From contig OX597818.1 in NCBI GenBank assembly GCA_951406725.2, forward strand, positions 89,528,001 to 89,592,000: DNA of 64,000 nt. The letters run 5' to 3'. The notes beneath the pieces are model-generated. The model made no database searches. It was not told the DNA's origin and worked only from the letters and a program-made list of their open reading frames with translations. Origin of the DNA: Octopus vulgaris. Lineage: Eukaryota. Below, in pieces: positions 24,078-37,940 of this stretch. Positions within the stretch are counted from its first letter, which is position 1. Each line of letters begins with the position of its first letter. A program made the position numbers and the translations under genes.

Positions 24078-24295
24078 CCCTTTCATTATCAACCCGACTG
24101 AAACCGGCTCTGGCTCAGTAGTACAAATGTCCTGTTTTCATAAGTTTTGAATTAAAATCTTCCACCAACATCTTCCAATTTATGTTCCTAACACTAGCTT
24201 AATGATAACTAAGTTATTTTACTAAATTCTTTGTCATATTTAAAATAATTGAAAGAAATATAGAGCATCTCAAAATAAATATGGTACCGAAAGGG
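24078..24295. mobile_element. Second piggyBac-type MITE, sharing the TTAA at 24074-24077
   Basis: TTAA|ccctttc ... gaaaggg. A related decayed reverse copy with internal ~37-bp repeats lies at ~36830-37190. Confidence 0.65.
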
Positions 24296-24639
24296 TTTGT
24301 AATGCCAACGTTGGAGAATTCTTGATTCTTGAGATTATTTCTCCTTCTCATATAGAGCTAGTGCCCTTTGGTAATTATGACATCTTCCAGAAAAGGAGAT
24401 AATTTTAACAAATTAAGAATTTATGTTGTATGGTATTCGATATACCTGTATTTGTCTAATTATTTTTACACGTAGATGGATGTCCTTTTTTACTAACCAT
24501 CCAACTATGACTGGTAACAAGATGATTTATTTATCAAGTTTTATTTGTTTATTTTGTTTTTAGTTGCTGTGTTTGGAAAAAGAGGTAGTGCCCATGGCCT
24601 TCACAAGCTCTCAGAGACAGGTGAGAATAATGCTGTTAA

Positions 24640-25450
24640 TGTTGTGCTTAGGGTGTTACAAGTCAACAACAGCAGAAAAAAATGAGTGGGAGGCAGAAGG
24701 GAGGGGATCTCCAGAGGATCAGTGTTCTATGCGAAAGGACTGGATGAGGTGAGGTGGTTAGTAAGAGGCCTGGGCCTGGGAGATTGGACACAACATGGGT
24801 GATAAGAGGGGATACAAGTGGATAAGTATAACTTGCATAAGACCAGCCAGGAGCAGAACAGAGGAACTACAGGGTTTCAATAAGAGATTCACATGAGAGA
24901 CACAGTCAAAAGTTTTACTAATGTCTGGGACAATACGATGGCTTTCATTGAATTTCTTTAATGTGACAGCCCACTAGAGGGTGACATAGGTGACTAGGTT
25001 TCCAGTGGATGTGACTCTAAGGAAGTTACAGCAATGGTTGTTGAGAGACTAAGAGATTCAACAGTTTGGAGAACATGGTTGTTAACAGTTATCTCTATTA
25101 CCTTCAAGACACTGGCAGTTTCAAATATTCAGCACACTTGAAGTGCCATAGAGATGGGGGTGAAGAGCATGGTGTAGTATGTGGATATGTTGTGTAGTTG
25201 TGATGATAAAATGGTCGGATAACTCAGTATGTATAGAGACAGTCACTGTTAGGTAGTGATTAGGTATCAATGTGAAGGGGCAATAGTTGGCAAGGTCAAA
25301 GAGTTACTCTTCTTGGGAATGGTACACACTATAGTGTGTTTCCAAAGATCATGATACATCTCTATTGAGAGAGTGAGTTTGGAGATTATAGGATCAAGTT
25401 CCGGGACAAAATATTTGAGGGCAACAGAGGGAACATTGTCTGGTCAGTAA
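24640..25450 (-). mobile_element. Decayed CR1/Jockey-like LINE remnant
   Basis: Reverse strand around 25270-25345 reads WKHTIVCTIPKK..., resembling the WKxAxVxPIPKK RT motif. No intact ORF. Confidence 0.45.
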
Positions 25451-26919
25451 CCATGTTGATTTGAAGATGATGATGATGATATAAAATTTAGATTCAGATG
25501 AATATGGTACTTAAGTTGTGGAACCAGAATTTAGTATGGTATTATCCATGCAATTTCAAAATAAGGTAATTAAAATCAAAATAAGCAACAAGGATATCCA
25601 GGAGTACTGCATTACCTCTGGATAACCTTGTTGCTTATTTTGATATATATATATATATATATATATATTCAGTGCAGGAGAAGATTTGGTCAAAGAATTA
25701 GTGTTGGTTTGAGTAGTTCAGAGAGCAGCTAAGGGAACAGATTTATTTGGAGAAGGAGTGGTGGATGGAAACTTTGAGCCTGAATAACTGGCTCTTTCAA
25801 CTGCAGACCATTTGACCAGGAGTGAGACGTTTATTTGTCAAACCATGTATTTTATTTTCACTACTCAGATCCTGTCAAACCATCCAACCCATCCCAGCAT
25901 TAAAGACATACATTAAATAATGAAGACAATGACGATCATCTGAGAAAACTTAGCAATCGTATTTTTCAGCAGACAGTGAGCATAAACAGTTGAAAAGTGG
26001 AACAAATATTGGCTTTCTGCGAGGAAGATAAAACTCTGACTTTTCAGACAGTAGTGCTTTCTAAGAAAGGGTACTGCTGTCTGAAATTTTAGACATTTCC
26101 TCTTCCTAATAGCATACCAATTAATTACACTTATCAACAGTATATACTTAACCACTGAGTAGGAAGTAGATGGCTTATTCTCAGTCGGTCAACTTGTAGG
26201 AAGCAAAGTTGTGTGTCTTGACTAGAGGTACTACCTTATGCCTGTAAATACTAAGGTTTAAATATGAAGTCTGGTATTTAATGAAATATGTTATTGAGAA
26301 CTTCCAGTGTATTCTTTATATGTTTCCCTAGCAGATAAATATTTCTTACTTCATAAATAAAATAGTTTATTATATGTGTGTAGGTGAGTGTATACAATAA
26401 GGCATTAGAACAAGGAATAGTGGTTGTAGATGAGTATATATATGTCTTTTTCTTTGTCTTTTAATTAGTGTCAGTCATTAGACTGCAGCCATTCTGGAGC
26501 ACTGCCTTGAGGAATTTTTAGTTGAATGAATCAACCCAATACTTTTTTTTTAAAGCCTGCTACTTATGTTATTGGTCTCTTTTGTTGAACAGCTAATTTA
26601 CAGGGACATAAACACACTAACACTGGTTCCCAAGTGGTGGTGGGAGACAAACACAAACACACAGCTACATATATACAACAGCCTTCTTTCAGTTTCCATC
26701 TACCAAGTCCACAAAGAAGGCTTTGGTCAACTCAAGGTTATAACAGAAGATACTTGCTCAAGGTGCCACACAGTAGGACTGAACCCAGAACCATGTGGTT
26801 GAAAAGTAAGCTTCTTACCACATAATCACACCTGCACTTGTATGTATAAGATGGAAACAAGTTCTCATGATTGCGAAGCAAATTTCTTAGCCATTAAGAC
26901 ATCCTTAAGTTGCATTCCA

Positions 26920-27225
26920 GTGGAGGTGCAATGGCCCAGTGGTTAGGGCAGCGGACTCGCAGTTGGAGGATTACGGTTTCGATTCCCAGACGTGTGTGTT
27001 TATTGAGCGAAAACATCTAAAGCTCCACGAGGCTCTGGCAGGGGGTAGTGGTGACCCCTGTTGTACTCTTTTGTCCCAACTTTCTCTCACTCTCTCTTCC
27101 TGTTTCTTGAGTAACGCTGCGATGGACTGGTATCCCATCCAGCTGGGGGAGGGGGAGCACATACGCCACAGAAACTGGGAAACCCGGCCCATGAGCCTGG
27201 CTAGGCTTGAAAAGGGCGCATAAGG
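26920..27225 (+). mobile_element. tRNA-derived SINE family C
   Basis: Head gtggaggtgcaatggcccagtggttagggcagcggactcgc...ggtttcgattccc. Second copy at 40951-41245, head-only copy at 10242-10300. Confidence 0.8.
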
Positions 27226-27558
27226 AAAGAAAAAAGTTGCCTTCCACAGCATGGTACCTCAGGTGGGCAAGTGTATTTTATGGTAAGCCTTGGATAAACT
27301 AAAGATGACTTGTGTGTGAAATTGAGAGGATGAAAACTAGTTGGAAACCTGCTGGGTAAACTGTACCTATAGTGAAAAAACAATCCATTCTTCTCCACAC
27401 ACTATACCATACTGAATGTCCTTGAGAATTACATTAAGAGTATGCATGTGAAAGATGCTCACTGATTCTCGTTCCAGTTCACTGAATAGTCTGGTCCATT
27501 GATCAGACAATTGGGACATTCATGATTGATGCAGATAAAAACTCATTTACTCTTTTAC

Positions 27559-27959
27559 TCTTTTATTTGTTTCAGTCATGTGACCGTGGCCATGCTGGAG
27601 CACTGCTTTTAGTCAAGCAAATCGACCCCAGGACTTATTCTTTGTAAGCCTAGTATTTATTCTATCGGTCTCTTTTGCTGAACCGCTAAGTTACAGGGAC
27701 GTAAGCACACCAGCATTGGTTGTGAAGCGATGTTGGGGAGACAAACACAGACACACAAACATACACACACACATACATGTATATATACATATATATGTCA
27801 GGCTTCTTTCAGTTTCCGTCTACCAAATACACTCACAAGGCTTTGGTTGGCCTGAGGCTATAGTAGAAGACACTTGCCCAAGGTGCCACGCAGTGGGACT
27901 GAACCTGGAGCCATGTGGTTGGTAAGCAAGCTACTTACCACACAGCCACTCTTACGCCT
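27559..27959 (-). mobile_element. SINE family A, full-length copy
   Basis: Near-identical to 6519-6918. Confidence 0.85.
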
Positions 27960-30900
27960 ACACATAAAATATAAAATGTGTGGCAATACATGGCAGTAGA
28001 AGAAGATAAAATAGGGAAAGTGCAGAACATTATATGATGTATAAGATGTGTGATGGTGAATGTAAAGGACTATATGTGGTGTGTGTAAGCAGGGCTGACA
28101 CTAGAAAGCACGGAGCCCAGTTGGAGCCCTGTACTCTACAAAAGCTGAAAAGTGATGTTTTATGCTTCATATAGTACACCAGTCCCAGACAAAAAGTGTT
28201 GATATACTAAAAATTCATCATGGCGTCCTTTGCTCAAATATGTGCATGGAGCCTGCTCTTTGTATGGGGATCAATTTGAACTAGTCTCTCTAATTGGCTT
28301 AGAACTGGCTGTGTGTGTAAGATGTGTAATGGTGTATGATAGTGAAATATGGAATGCGAATGTAGGAGACTATGAGGTGCATGTACGTCAGTGTATGGTA
28401 GTGAAATTTGGGCAATTAATACAGATGACTCAGGGCTATAATAAAAGATACTTGCCCAAGGTAGCATACAATGGGAATGAACCTGAAATCTTGTGGTTGC
28501 AAAGCAAATTTCTTAACCACAGAGCCATGCCTGCAATTCACTGAATATACCATATTAAACTACAAGAAATGCTGACCATTTCTGAATTGACAATGCTGAA
28601 TGGGATGGACATCCCCCAACCAAGCTGAATATCAAAATTGTACATCGATGAATGCACTGCAAATGGATAGTAACAGTAAAGGATAAAGGATAATATACAT
28701 TTGATGGTAGAAGGTATCTGACACAGATGGGCTAAGTTAGGTTTAGGGTACTGGAGACAGACCAAACTAGGTGTGGGATAAAAGTAGTAAGAAACCCTCA
28801 AGAGAGCTCAACAGCAGGTCTTAGGAGAAGAAACCATCTGCCCCTCACACAAGTGTTTCATCCTTTAATTCTTTACACAGTAAGTGTGCCTAGGTTGCAG
28901 CCAGGCCACGATTCCTGGATACCCCTCTGCTGTCACATTCTATGCTATTGTCTGCATCACAACCCTCCTGGATGGTTAAATGAAAGTGAAAGATGTCTGT
29001 CATGTAAATTATGCCTTTTGAAATATGCTTCAATTTCTCCTTGGCCAGATCCAGTTGGAAGTCTTCTCCGTTGTTTCTGGGGCAAAATAATTATATCAAG
29101 TGAAAATCTTGGTTGTCACAGATTAGATGATACCAATTTTGATGTAATGCAATGCTGTATTTACAGTAAAATCAGTGAGTCCTCATCAGAATTGGAGAAA
29201 ATGGAAAATGAAAATAGACAGACAAGTGCACGAGCAGGTAGGCAAGCAAATAGGCAGGAAGGTAGGTAAGTAAGGAGGTAGGTAGGCAGGCAACTAAGCA
29301 AGTAGGTAGGCAGACAGACAATAAGAAACTGTTATAAATAATGTTTGCAGTACAACTGATTGTGTGCAATAACAAATCAGAAATCATAAGAATGATGAGA
29401 TTATAGAGAACAGATATAAACAGCATGCTACAATAGCAGTGTTGAAGTATGGAGCAATGATGTAGATATGGGATGAAAGCATGTTATGAAAGTGAAACTA
29501 ATTCCAAATGTTGTAAACTGTACCAAGTTATTTCTGACCCTCATCTAGAAAAAAACTGAAAAGTACTAGTCTTGATGACCTTCTCAGTTTAACATATTGA
29601 TTTCAAACTTTGGCACAAGCCAGTAATTTGAGGGGAGGGGCTAAATCGATTACATCAACTGCAGTGTTCAGCTGGTACTTATTTTATTGACCCCGAAAGG
29701 AAAAAAAGGTAAAGTTGACCTCAGCATAATTTGAACTCAGAATGTAAAGACGGATGAAATGCCACCAAGCATTTTGCCTGGGATGTTAACAATTCTGTCA
29801 GCTTGTCATTTACTCAGATTAACATTAAATGCACATTATTTATAGTGCTGACACTATTGGTGTACATGCAGACATGATTGTGCAGTAAGAAGTTGACATC
29901 CTGACCATATGATTTTGGGTTTAGTCCAACTGTATGGCACCTGCTGCATGTATACTCTAGTACGGCCTCAGGTTAACCGAAGACTTAAGAGTGGATTTGA
30001 TAGATGGAAACTGAAAGTACATTGTATGTGTGTGTGTGTGCGTGTGCATGCATAAAGGTGGTGTTACTGTCTCCATCGCATGATAGTTGTATATGAGTGT
30101 TACTGTTGTGCAAGTGGTGTCCTTCATCTCCAGTGTTCCATGAAAACATGTCTGGGCATGGGGTATTATAACCTTATTTGGAAACAGGTCAAAATTGGTG
30201 ATAATAAAGCATATGGTTGTAGAAAATTTATCTCAAAAAATTCTGTCCAACACATGCCATCACAGAAAAGTGGATGTTAAACAATGATGATGATGATCAT
30301 CATTTTTACATCTGCATTTTCCTGTGATGGTCTGGATGGAACAAGACTCCTCAAGGCTATATTCTACAACTGGATGCCCTTCCTGATGCCAACCCAGCCA
30401 TGATTTCAAGTAAGATACTTTATACAACATTGAATCACTGTAGGTTGTTTTTGTTTATGAAACTCTAAACATCACAACGCACACACACACACAACAGGCT
30501 TCCGTGTAATTTCTAACTATTACTCTCACATAGCATTGGTCAACCAAAGACTATGGTAGATGACTCTTGATCAAAGTGCCACATGATGAGATCAAACACA
30601 AAACTACAATTGCAAAGTGAACAACTTAAAGCACACAACTTTTATAAGTCCACCATACAAAATGCATTTGTATATACATCAATGACATCTGAAAATTGAC
30701 ACAAATCTCACCCTATTTATTTCTGATCTCTTGGCTAGAAAGTATTAGAGATCTACTACAAGCAAATACTAATATATATATTTAGCAAAAATTTAGATTC
30801 AGATAAATACAGTACTTAAGTTGAGGCGTCAGAATTTAGTACGGTATTATCCATACAATTTCAAAGTAAGGTGATTAAAATCAAAATAAGTAACAAGGAT

Positions 30901-31159
30901 ATCCAGAGATCCTTGTTGCTTATTATGATATATATATATATTTAGAATGGATTAAAAAAAAAAAAACCTACTACATGCAGCTGCAGTGTTGACAGTGGTT
31001 CCACTATCATCATCATGATTTAATGTCTGTCCTCCATGTTTGCATGGACTGAACAGTTTTGTTAAGAGCTGACAAGCCAGAGAGCTGTGCCAAGCCTTAT
31101 CGTATGTTTTGGCAAGGTCTCTTTAGCTGAATGCCCTTCCTAACACCGTGAGCATGTGT

Positions 31160-31660
31160 GTGTGTGTGTTCCAAGAGCATAGCTGTGAGAATAAAAACAG
31201 GCTGGGCAAAGTTCAGAGAGTTCACGTCTCTGCTGGTAACAAAGGGCCTTTCCCTCAGAGTGGAAGGCAGATTGTATGATGCCTGTGTGCAAACAGCTAT
31301 GTTACACAGCAGTGAAACATGGGCTATGACAGCCAAAGACATGCATAGGCTTGAAAGAAATAAAGCCTGTATGCTTCACTGGATGTGCTATGTCAGTGTG
31401 CATGTACGACAGTATAAGCATCTTGAGAGAAAAATTGGGTATAATAGGCATTGGATGTGGTGGTATGGTTACATGATGGTATGGTTACGTGATGTGCATG
31501 GGCAAGGACAGCTGTGTAAAGAAGTGCCGATCTCCAACTGTGGAGGGAACTTGTGGTAGAGGTAAACTCAGGGCCTCACACAGGTAATCACTAGTGACCG
31601 AGACCATTGCTGATATGCAGTGTTTGAGAAGACATGTCACACCAAGTGAAATTGTAGTTG
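31160..31660 (+). mobile_element. Older diverged RTE 3' coding fragment
   Basis: ORF 31158-31559 (WAKFREF..LLVTKGLSLRVEGRLYDACV..AMLHSSETWA) is homologous to 15520-15850. Confidence 0.85.
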
Positions 31661-33179
31661 TGGCTCATGCTGGTGTCACGTAACTGGCACCTAAAAAGTA
31701 CCTTTCGAGCATTGGGCCTCATGGAGGCAAAGTGGTTGATGCTAATAGCATGTGAAAAGCTCCTTTGGAGTGTTGGGCTTTGTGGAGGCAATGACGAATG
31801 ACCAAGACCGTGGCATTATGTCACGCTTGAGAAGACCCATCAAGTCAAGTAAAATCACAGCCATGGCAGATACTGGTGTCATGCAAATGAAACCCATGCT
31901 GGTGGCACATAAAAGCACCCATTACACTCTTGGAGTGGTTGGCATTAGGAAGGGCATCCAGCCATAGAAACCATGCCAAATCAGACTGGGGTCTGGTGTA
32001 GCCTTCTAGCTTGGCAGCCCTGGTCAAGCCATCCAACCCATGGCAGCATGGACAATGGACGTTAAATGATGATGATGATGATACACACACATATATGCTG
32101 GTCAAACTCCCAACCCATGCATTGCGACACTGATTCTGCAGAACTGGGTTGGGTGTGAAACCAACTTTAAAGTATAAATATAAATTTTTTGAATCAGCAA
32201 TGTTTTGTTCGGTTAAGTCCTATTTGGGGTGAAAAATCAATAAACTGATTCCTTATGGTGTTTTCCATTCAATCAGGATGAAAAATCGATAAACCTTATA
32301 GGATTTCCCACTAAAATTGGCTACATCCCATTTTCAACCATAACTTTTACCAATTTTGATGTATTTTGTTCAAACTTGATGCTGGTGTTACTTAGGACAC
32401 ATGGGATCTTTGAATTTTTAAATTCTCCAAAAAAAAGAAAACAATTGATGAGTGGAAAAATTGATAAACCGACTCCTAATGGGATTTCCCAATCAAATTG
32501 TCTGTAACCCATTTTTAGCCAAACGTTTACCAATTTCAACAGATTTCGCTCAAATCTGACATCAGTGTTACTTAGTTTGGTTTGAAATAAAGCGCTTGAT
32601 TAACTTAATAATCCTAACTTAATCCTGGGCAACGCCAGGCTATACTGTTAGTAATTAATAAATTGAAATATTAATCATATAATCAGGACCAATGCAAAGC
32701 CACAATGTATTCATGTGTCAGGGACAAAACAAAGTGATTAATGTAGTTCATGCTAATCAGCTTTACTAAGTTTAATTAATTATACATAATACAAGTGTTT
32801 TGTCTGAATAGATACAGGATGTGTGTGTGTGTGTGTGTGTGTATCATATGACAAGATGCAGTTGTATTACGCTGGCCTTCACCTAGAAGTCAGTGGAATT
32901 GGGTGGAAGCTAGTTAAGTGTATTTATTTAATTTCTATTATGTATAATTACTTGTTTGTAATTAGCTATAGCTGTTAGGGCAGGGACAGAGAATCATTCA
33001 TACATTTCCAATGAAAGTAGTCAATACACAGCTAAAGTAGAGAGAATGTTTGGATAATGATGGCAGAGGGAGTACAGGAGTAGAGGTGCCGTATGGAGTA
33101 ATGATGAGGGTTAGAGTTAATGTTGTGTGAAAATATCAGTTGTAGTGGTTGGTGGTTGTGGCGGTGTTGAAGACCGACC

Positions 33180-33950
33180 AAAACTACAACCACGAGTGTT
33201 ACTATGATCAGACCATCACCGCTACTATTATCACTATCATCAAAGTAGCATCACTACCATCAAGATATCACTGATACTACCATCACCACCACCACCACCA
33301 CCACCACAGCTACAATTGTCACTACTATCAAAGTACCACCACCAACAACAACAACACCACCACAGCTACTAGTGTCACTATTATCAAAGTACCACCATCA
33401 TCATGACTACTAGTGTTACTACTATCAAAGTACCACCACCATGGCTACTAGTGCCACTACTACCAAAGTAGCACTATCACCATTACTACTAGTGTCACTA
33501 TTATTAAAGTACCACCACACTACCATGGCTACTAGTGTCACTACTATCAAAGTACCACCACCACCACCACCATCACCATGGCTACTAGTGTCAATGTTAT
33601 CGAAGTACTACCACCACCATCACCATGGGTACAGTGTCACTACTATCAAAATACCATCACCACCACCATAGCTACTAGTGTCACTACCATCAAGACCAAC
33701 ATCAGGACCAGCACTGCTAACAAACCCCTCACCAGTACCAGCACCACGACCACAGCTAATACAGCTACTGCTGCTACCACAACTGCCACCATCACCACTA
33801 CAAATGTCACAACCATCAAGCTACCACCAGAACCAGCACTCAGTTAACAAACCACCACTACTACCACCACCACAGCTACAACTGTCATTGCCATTAACTA
33901 CTATCACAAACACCAACAGCAGCACTACCGCCACCCCCACCATACCTACT
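33180..33950. repeat. (ACC/ACT)-rich minisatellite, ~36-bp unit gctactagtgtcactactatcaaagtaccaccacc
   Basis: About 10 degenerate units seen directly. Confidence 0.85.
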
Positions 33951-34880
33951 AGTGTTCCTTACAGTCACATCTCATGTGGAAACCTCATTAACTTGCTAGA
34001 AATAGCTCCAAAATCTCATTCGAATCACATTCTACAGTCATAGAACAGAAGGATACATACGATTATATGGTACTGAGTGGAGAAAAAAGATAGAAAATCT
34101 ACATGTGGAATGTACTTGGTAGTAGATCTGGTTGAAAAGAGCTGACCATGGGTTAAACAACAAGATTATGACTCTAACACATAAATGATAAGAATTTGAA
34201 AATAATGAAGACTTCACTTCGGGGAAGCTACGATTTCAATGAGGGGGGCTTCTTAAATATTAAAATGGATCTATCTTTAGCTATCTAATTAGTGAAAAAC
34301 ATATGATTAAAAGAAATGTTAGATGGTAATTATGTTTGCATAGAAATGTTGCGGGTGGGACGTTTATCTATACAGAAATCCCCTCTAGGCTAAGTTAGCA
34401 CTCTCTCTCTATGTGTGTGTGTATGTAGAGAGAGTGAGAGAGAGAGAGAGAGAGGGGGAGAGAGTGAGAGAGAGAGAGCTTACTGTTCACCTTGAGCAAG
34501 TGTTTTCAATTATAGCCTTGGAATAGTCAAAGCCTTGTGAATGGATTTAAAAGACAGAAAAAGCTTGTTGTGTGTGGTGTGAGTGTGTGTGTGTGTGTGT
34601 GTGTGCATGCATGCGTATGCGTGTCTGTCTCCTTGTCTTGACATTGCAAGATAGTTGCAGGCGAGCATCACTGTCACACAAGTAGCTGCTTCCAGTCTTC
34701 TATAAAAAAACATGTCCAGTCAAGGGGGAAGTCAAGTTAACTTGGAAACAGGTAAGGGATGGCAACAGGAAGGGAATATTGCAGTAGAAAATCCGTCACA
34801 AAAAGTTCTGCTCAACACATGTAAGCAATGAAAACTGGACATTAAAACAGTCATGATGATATATACATACATACATATAT

Positions 34881-35263
34881 ATGGCTGAGTGGTAAGTAGC
34901 TTGCTTACGAACCACATGGTTCCAGGTTTAGTCCCACTGCGTGGCACCTTGGGCAAGTGTCTTCTACTATAGCCTCGAGCCGACCAATGTCTTGTGAGTA
35001 GATTTGGTAGATGGAAACTGAAAGAAGCCCGTTGTATATATATATATATATGTGTGTGTGTATATGTGTGTCTGTGTTTGTTTGCCTAACATTGCTTGAC
35101 AACCAATGCTGATGTGCTTATGTCCCCGTAACTTAGCAGTTCGGCAAAATAGACCGATAATATAAGTACTAGGCTTACAAAGAATAAGTCCTGGGGTTGA
35201 ATTGCTCAGCTAAAGGCAGTGCTCCAGCATGTCCACAGTCAAATGACTGTAACAAGTAAAAGA
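34881..35263 (+). mobile_element. SINE family A copy
   Basis: Matches the family-A consensus. Confidence 0.85.
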
Positions 35264-35991
35264 GTATATTACACGTGCATATTACATATATTGCATATGC
35301 ATATTTATATATATGTACATACATTATAATATGCATGTACATATTAATGTCATTGCCAAATTTTCTTTCCCTATAATTGCTGGGTTTGTGCCAAAATTTG
35401 AAACTGAATGCAGCAAGCTAGCAAAGTAGTTCTCATGTTGGACAAAATGCACAGCAGCATTTCTATGTTCTAAATTCAAATTCTGCTGAGATTGACTGAC
35501 TTTGCCTTTTGTCCTATTGGAGGGTGGGGCTGTCTATGAATAAGTTCCAGATAAGCACAGGGGTTAAGTTTGTTTTTGGATTTGATTTGCAAGATTCTTT
35601 ATGTGAGTTCGTGTATTGAAGTATATTCTGTTGTGTCTGGGAAGAGTCATTCTCTTTTAGTGCCTTATTATTTAACACACGCACCGGTTCAGTTTCCACT
35701 GATTTACTTATTTATTTTTAAAAAATTTTTGTTGCGTCTTGCAACCTTTTTGGGAGCTGTTGATTCTGGGATTAATGCAATCAACTAATTCCCTCCCTTT
35801 AAAACTGCTATCTCTGAGCCAAAATTTGAAACTATCATTATTATAACAATGATGATGATGATGGCGATGATATAAAGGATAAATGAAGAAAACATCACAA
35901 TAACAAGCTCTAAAGAAGAAGAGAAAAGCAAAAAAAACAACCAAAAAAGAAACATTAACAACAACAACAAAAAGGAGAATGTATGAAATAC

Positions 35992-36310
35992 CTTGAGGAA
36001 CATGCATTATTCCAACAGTAAGACCAGCAACAATGTCACTGAAAAGATCATGGCGTAGACTATAGCCCTTCATTATAGTGAGGAAAGGAAACAGTTGAAT
36101 GATGAATTTGGTGAAGCAGGCATTTGAGCACTTACAGCTTTTGACTTGCTGCTTGATGGTTTCTTTTAACGTTGGGTTAGGCCGTTTGCTACCCTCAAAG
36201 CCGATGTCAAATTTTGCCTGGGAGTAGACTGGGCGATGAATAACCACCTGGGCATCATTATCCCCAACGCTCTGTAAAATAAGATTCTGTTTTTCTTTGT
36301 CATTTTCCAT
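35992..36310 (-). CDS. SLC26A5-like: Prestin-like SLC26 anion transporter, coding exon 1 (MENDKEKQ...DIVAGLTVGIMHVPQG)
   Basis: ATG at 36310, 8 nt inside an acceptor (ttcAG at 36320-36319), so a 5' UTR exon must lie upstream. Contains the SLC26 N-terminal/TM1 signature LFPFLTIMKGY..DLFSDIVAGLTVGIMHVPQG. Donor CAAG|GTATTT, phase 1. Exact orthology (A5 vs A6 or other) is not resolved. Confidence 0.93.
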
Positions 36311-37249
36311 TTTTGTTTCTGAAATCCATAAAAGAATAATTAGTTAGGTTAGAGGAAATAAAGAGATTTTAGTTTTACAATGATACCTTCATGAGCATAG
36401 TCGAAAGTGCTGTTTTCTTATCAAGATAGCTTGTTTGTTATCATCAGACCAGGTGTATTTTCACACCTATCATTCAGTTCTTAATTTTCTTATAAAATAC
36501 AGGTGTTTCAATATATTTTACAAGTAAATGACAGTAAAAATAAAAAACTAAATCTGGTATTTGGAACAGTAATTAACAAAAAGTTTCTCAAATAAAATTA
36601 GGATAGAAAAGTTTAATTTAAATAGGAAACATTTTAATGCAAGAACATTATACTGTCAAACCAGTGATAGTTTCAAACAGGTTGGTAGTGTCAAAAGAGT
36701 TAAGAATGTCATTAGTCGTTATTTGGTCACTTAGTGAGCAGAGTTAGACACATTGTCTGTGGGGGTAATGGTGGGGGTTCTGCAAGGTTTTCAAAATGAA
36801 TGGATAACTTGCCATGTTTAATCAAATTTACTCTTTTGTAATACACTGCCATTATTTTAATTCATTTTAAAATCAATGAAGAATTATAACTGACTAATCA
36901 AGTTGGTGTTTGGAACATAAATCAATACACAAGTTTTTGGAAGGTTATCTATTTAGATTACTTTAAAATGGTAAAGTTGGCATCAAAGAACAGAGCTGAT
37001 CTTAGGCAGGTTTGTATCAAAGAATCAGGGTTGAACTCGGAGGCAGGTTTGTGTCAAAAAAGCAGGAGTAGTCTCAGATAGATTTATATAAAAGACCCAA
37101 AGCATTTATTAAAGAACAAGAGTCAATCTCAGGCAGGTTGGGATCAAGGAACCAGGTGTGTTTCAAGGTAGGTTGATATCAAAAGGGTGAAGATAGTCCA
37201 AAATTTTCAAGTTTGTCCGAACAAGTTTAAAGTAAATCGAGAACAATTA

Positions 37250-37467
37250 CGAGGGTGTGCTGAAAAGTTCCAAGCTTTAAGGGTATTGCAAAAGGCCTGG
37301 GTGTAGCCCCAACCTTCCAAATTCTTTTAGAGGGCTTAGAAAAACTGAAGGACTGCTGCAATAAGTATGTGAATCTGAGAAGGGAAATATGTTGAATAAA
37401 ATCATAATTAACTGATCCTCCTGTATTTTCTTTTACCCAAACCCAGGAAGTTTTCAGCATCCTCTTG
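37250..37467. mobile_element. Tc1/mariner-derived MITE
   Basis: TA|cgagggtgtgctgaaaagttcc ... ggaagttttcagcatcctcttg|TA. Confidence 0.8.
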
Positions 37468-37940
37468 TATATCAATGGAGACACTATTTTGTCTTCTCTT
37501 CACTAATAAAAGGGTCAGAGAAGGGCAAACATTTTTACAAATTTTTGGGGTGGATGGGTGAGGTGTCAGCATTTGTCAGTTTGAGAGCAACTGGTCTAAA
37601 GGATAGAAAATCATGTTACCTCAAAGAAGCAGATGATATACCGTTAAAAGTTCTGTAAAAGACATTTTATTTAATCCAAATTGGATTAGAGGAAACTGTA
37701 AGTAAATCTATGTATTTAAATGCTATGTTTGGAAAGGTTGCATGCTTTCATCAACTTTAATTATGTTGCTTGAACCTTCAAGGAAGCCTTGAAACTTGCT
37801 TGAATTGCTAGAAAGAACAGCCAACGTTTCTCAAATCATAACCTGCTATCTTAGAATCAAGAAAAACACACGAAACAAAGTAGTCCTAGATATTGAAATC
37901 ATCCTGTCTTTCCTTCAAACACATTATAATGTTTTTACGC

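Noticed and set aside
28560-29200. Possible decayed RT remnant, and ORF 28853-29269
   Set aside because: Only vague motif resemblance on the minus strand. Too degraded to classify, and the plus-strand ORF has no recognisable domain.
33441-34043. Thr/Pro-rich mucin-like ORFs
   Set aside because: They arise in all frames from an ACC/ACT minisatellite, antisense within an intron, with no splice or signal-peptide support.
35708-35991. C-terminal half of the 200-aa ORF 35708-36310
   Set aside because: Read-through into the intron past the GT donor at 35991. It is low-complexity and not SLC26-like.
36400-36455. Minus-strand CTGATGA just upstream of coding exon 1 as a hammerhead
   Set aside because: No convincing stem II closing onto GAAA and no stem I partner.
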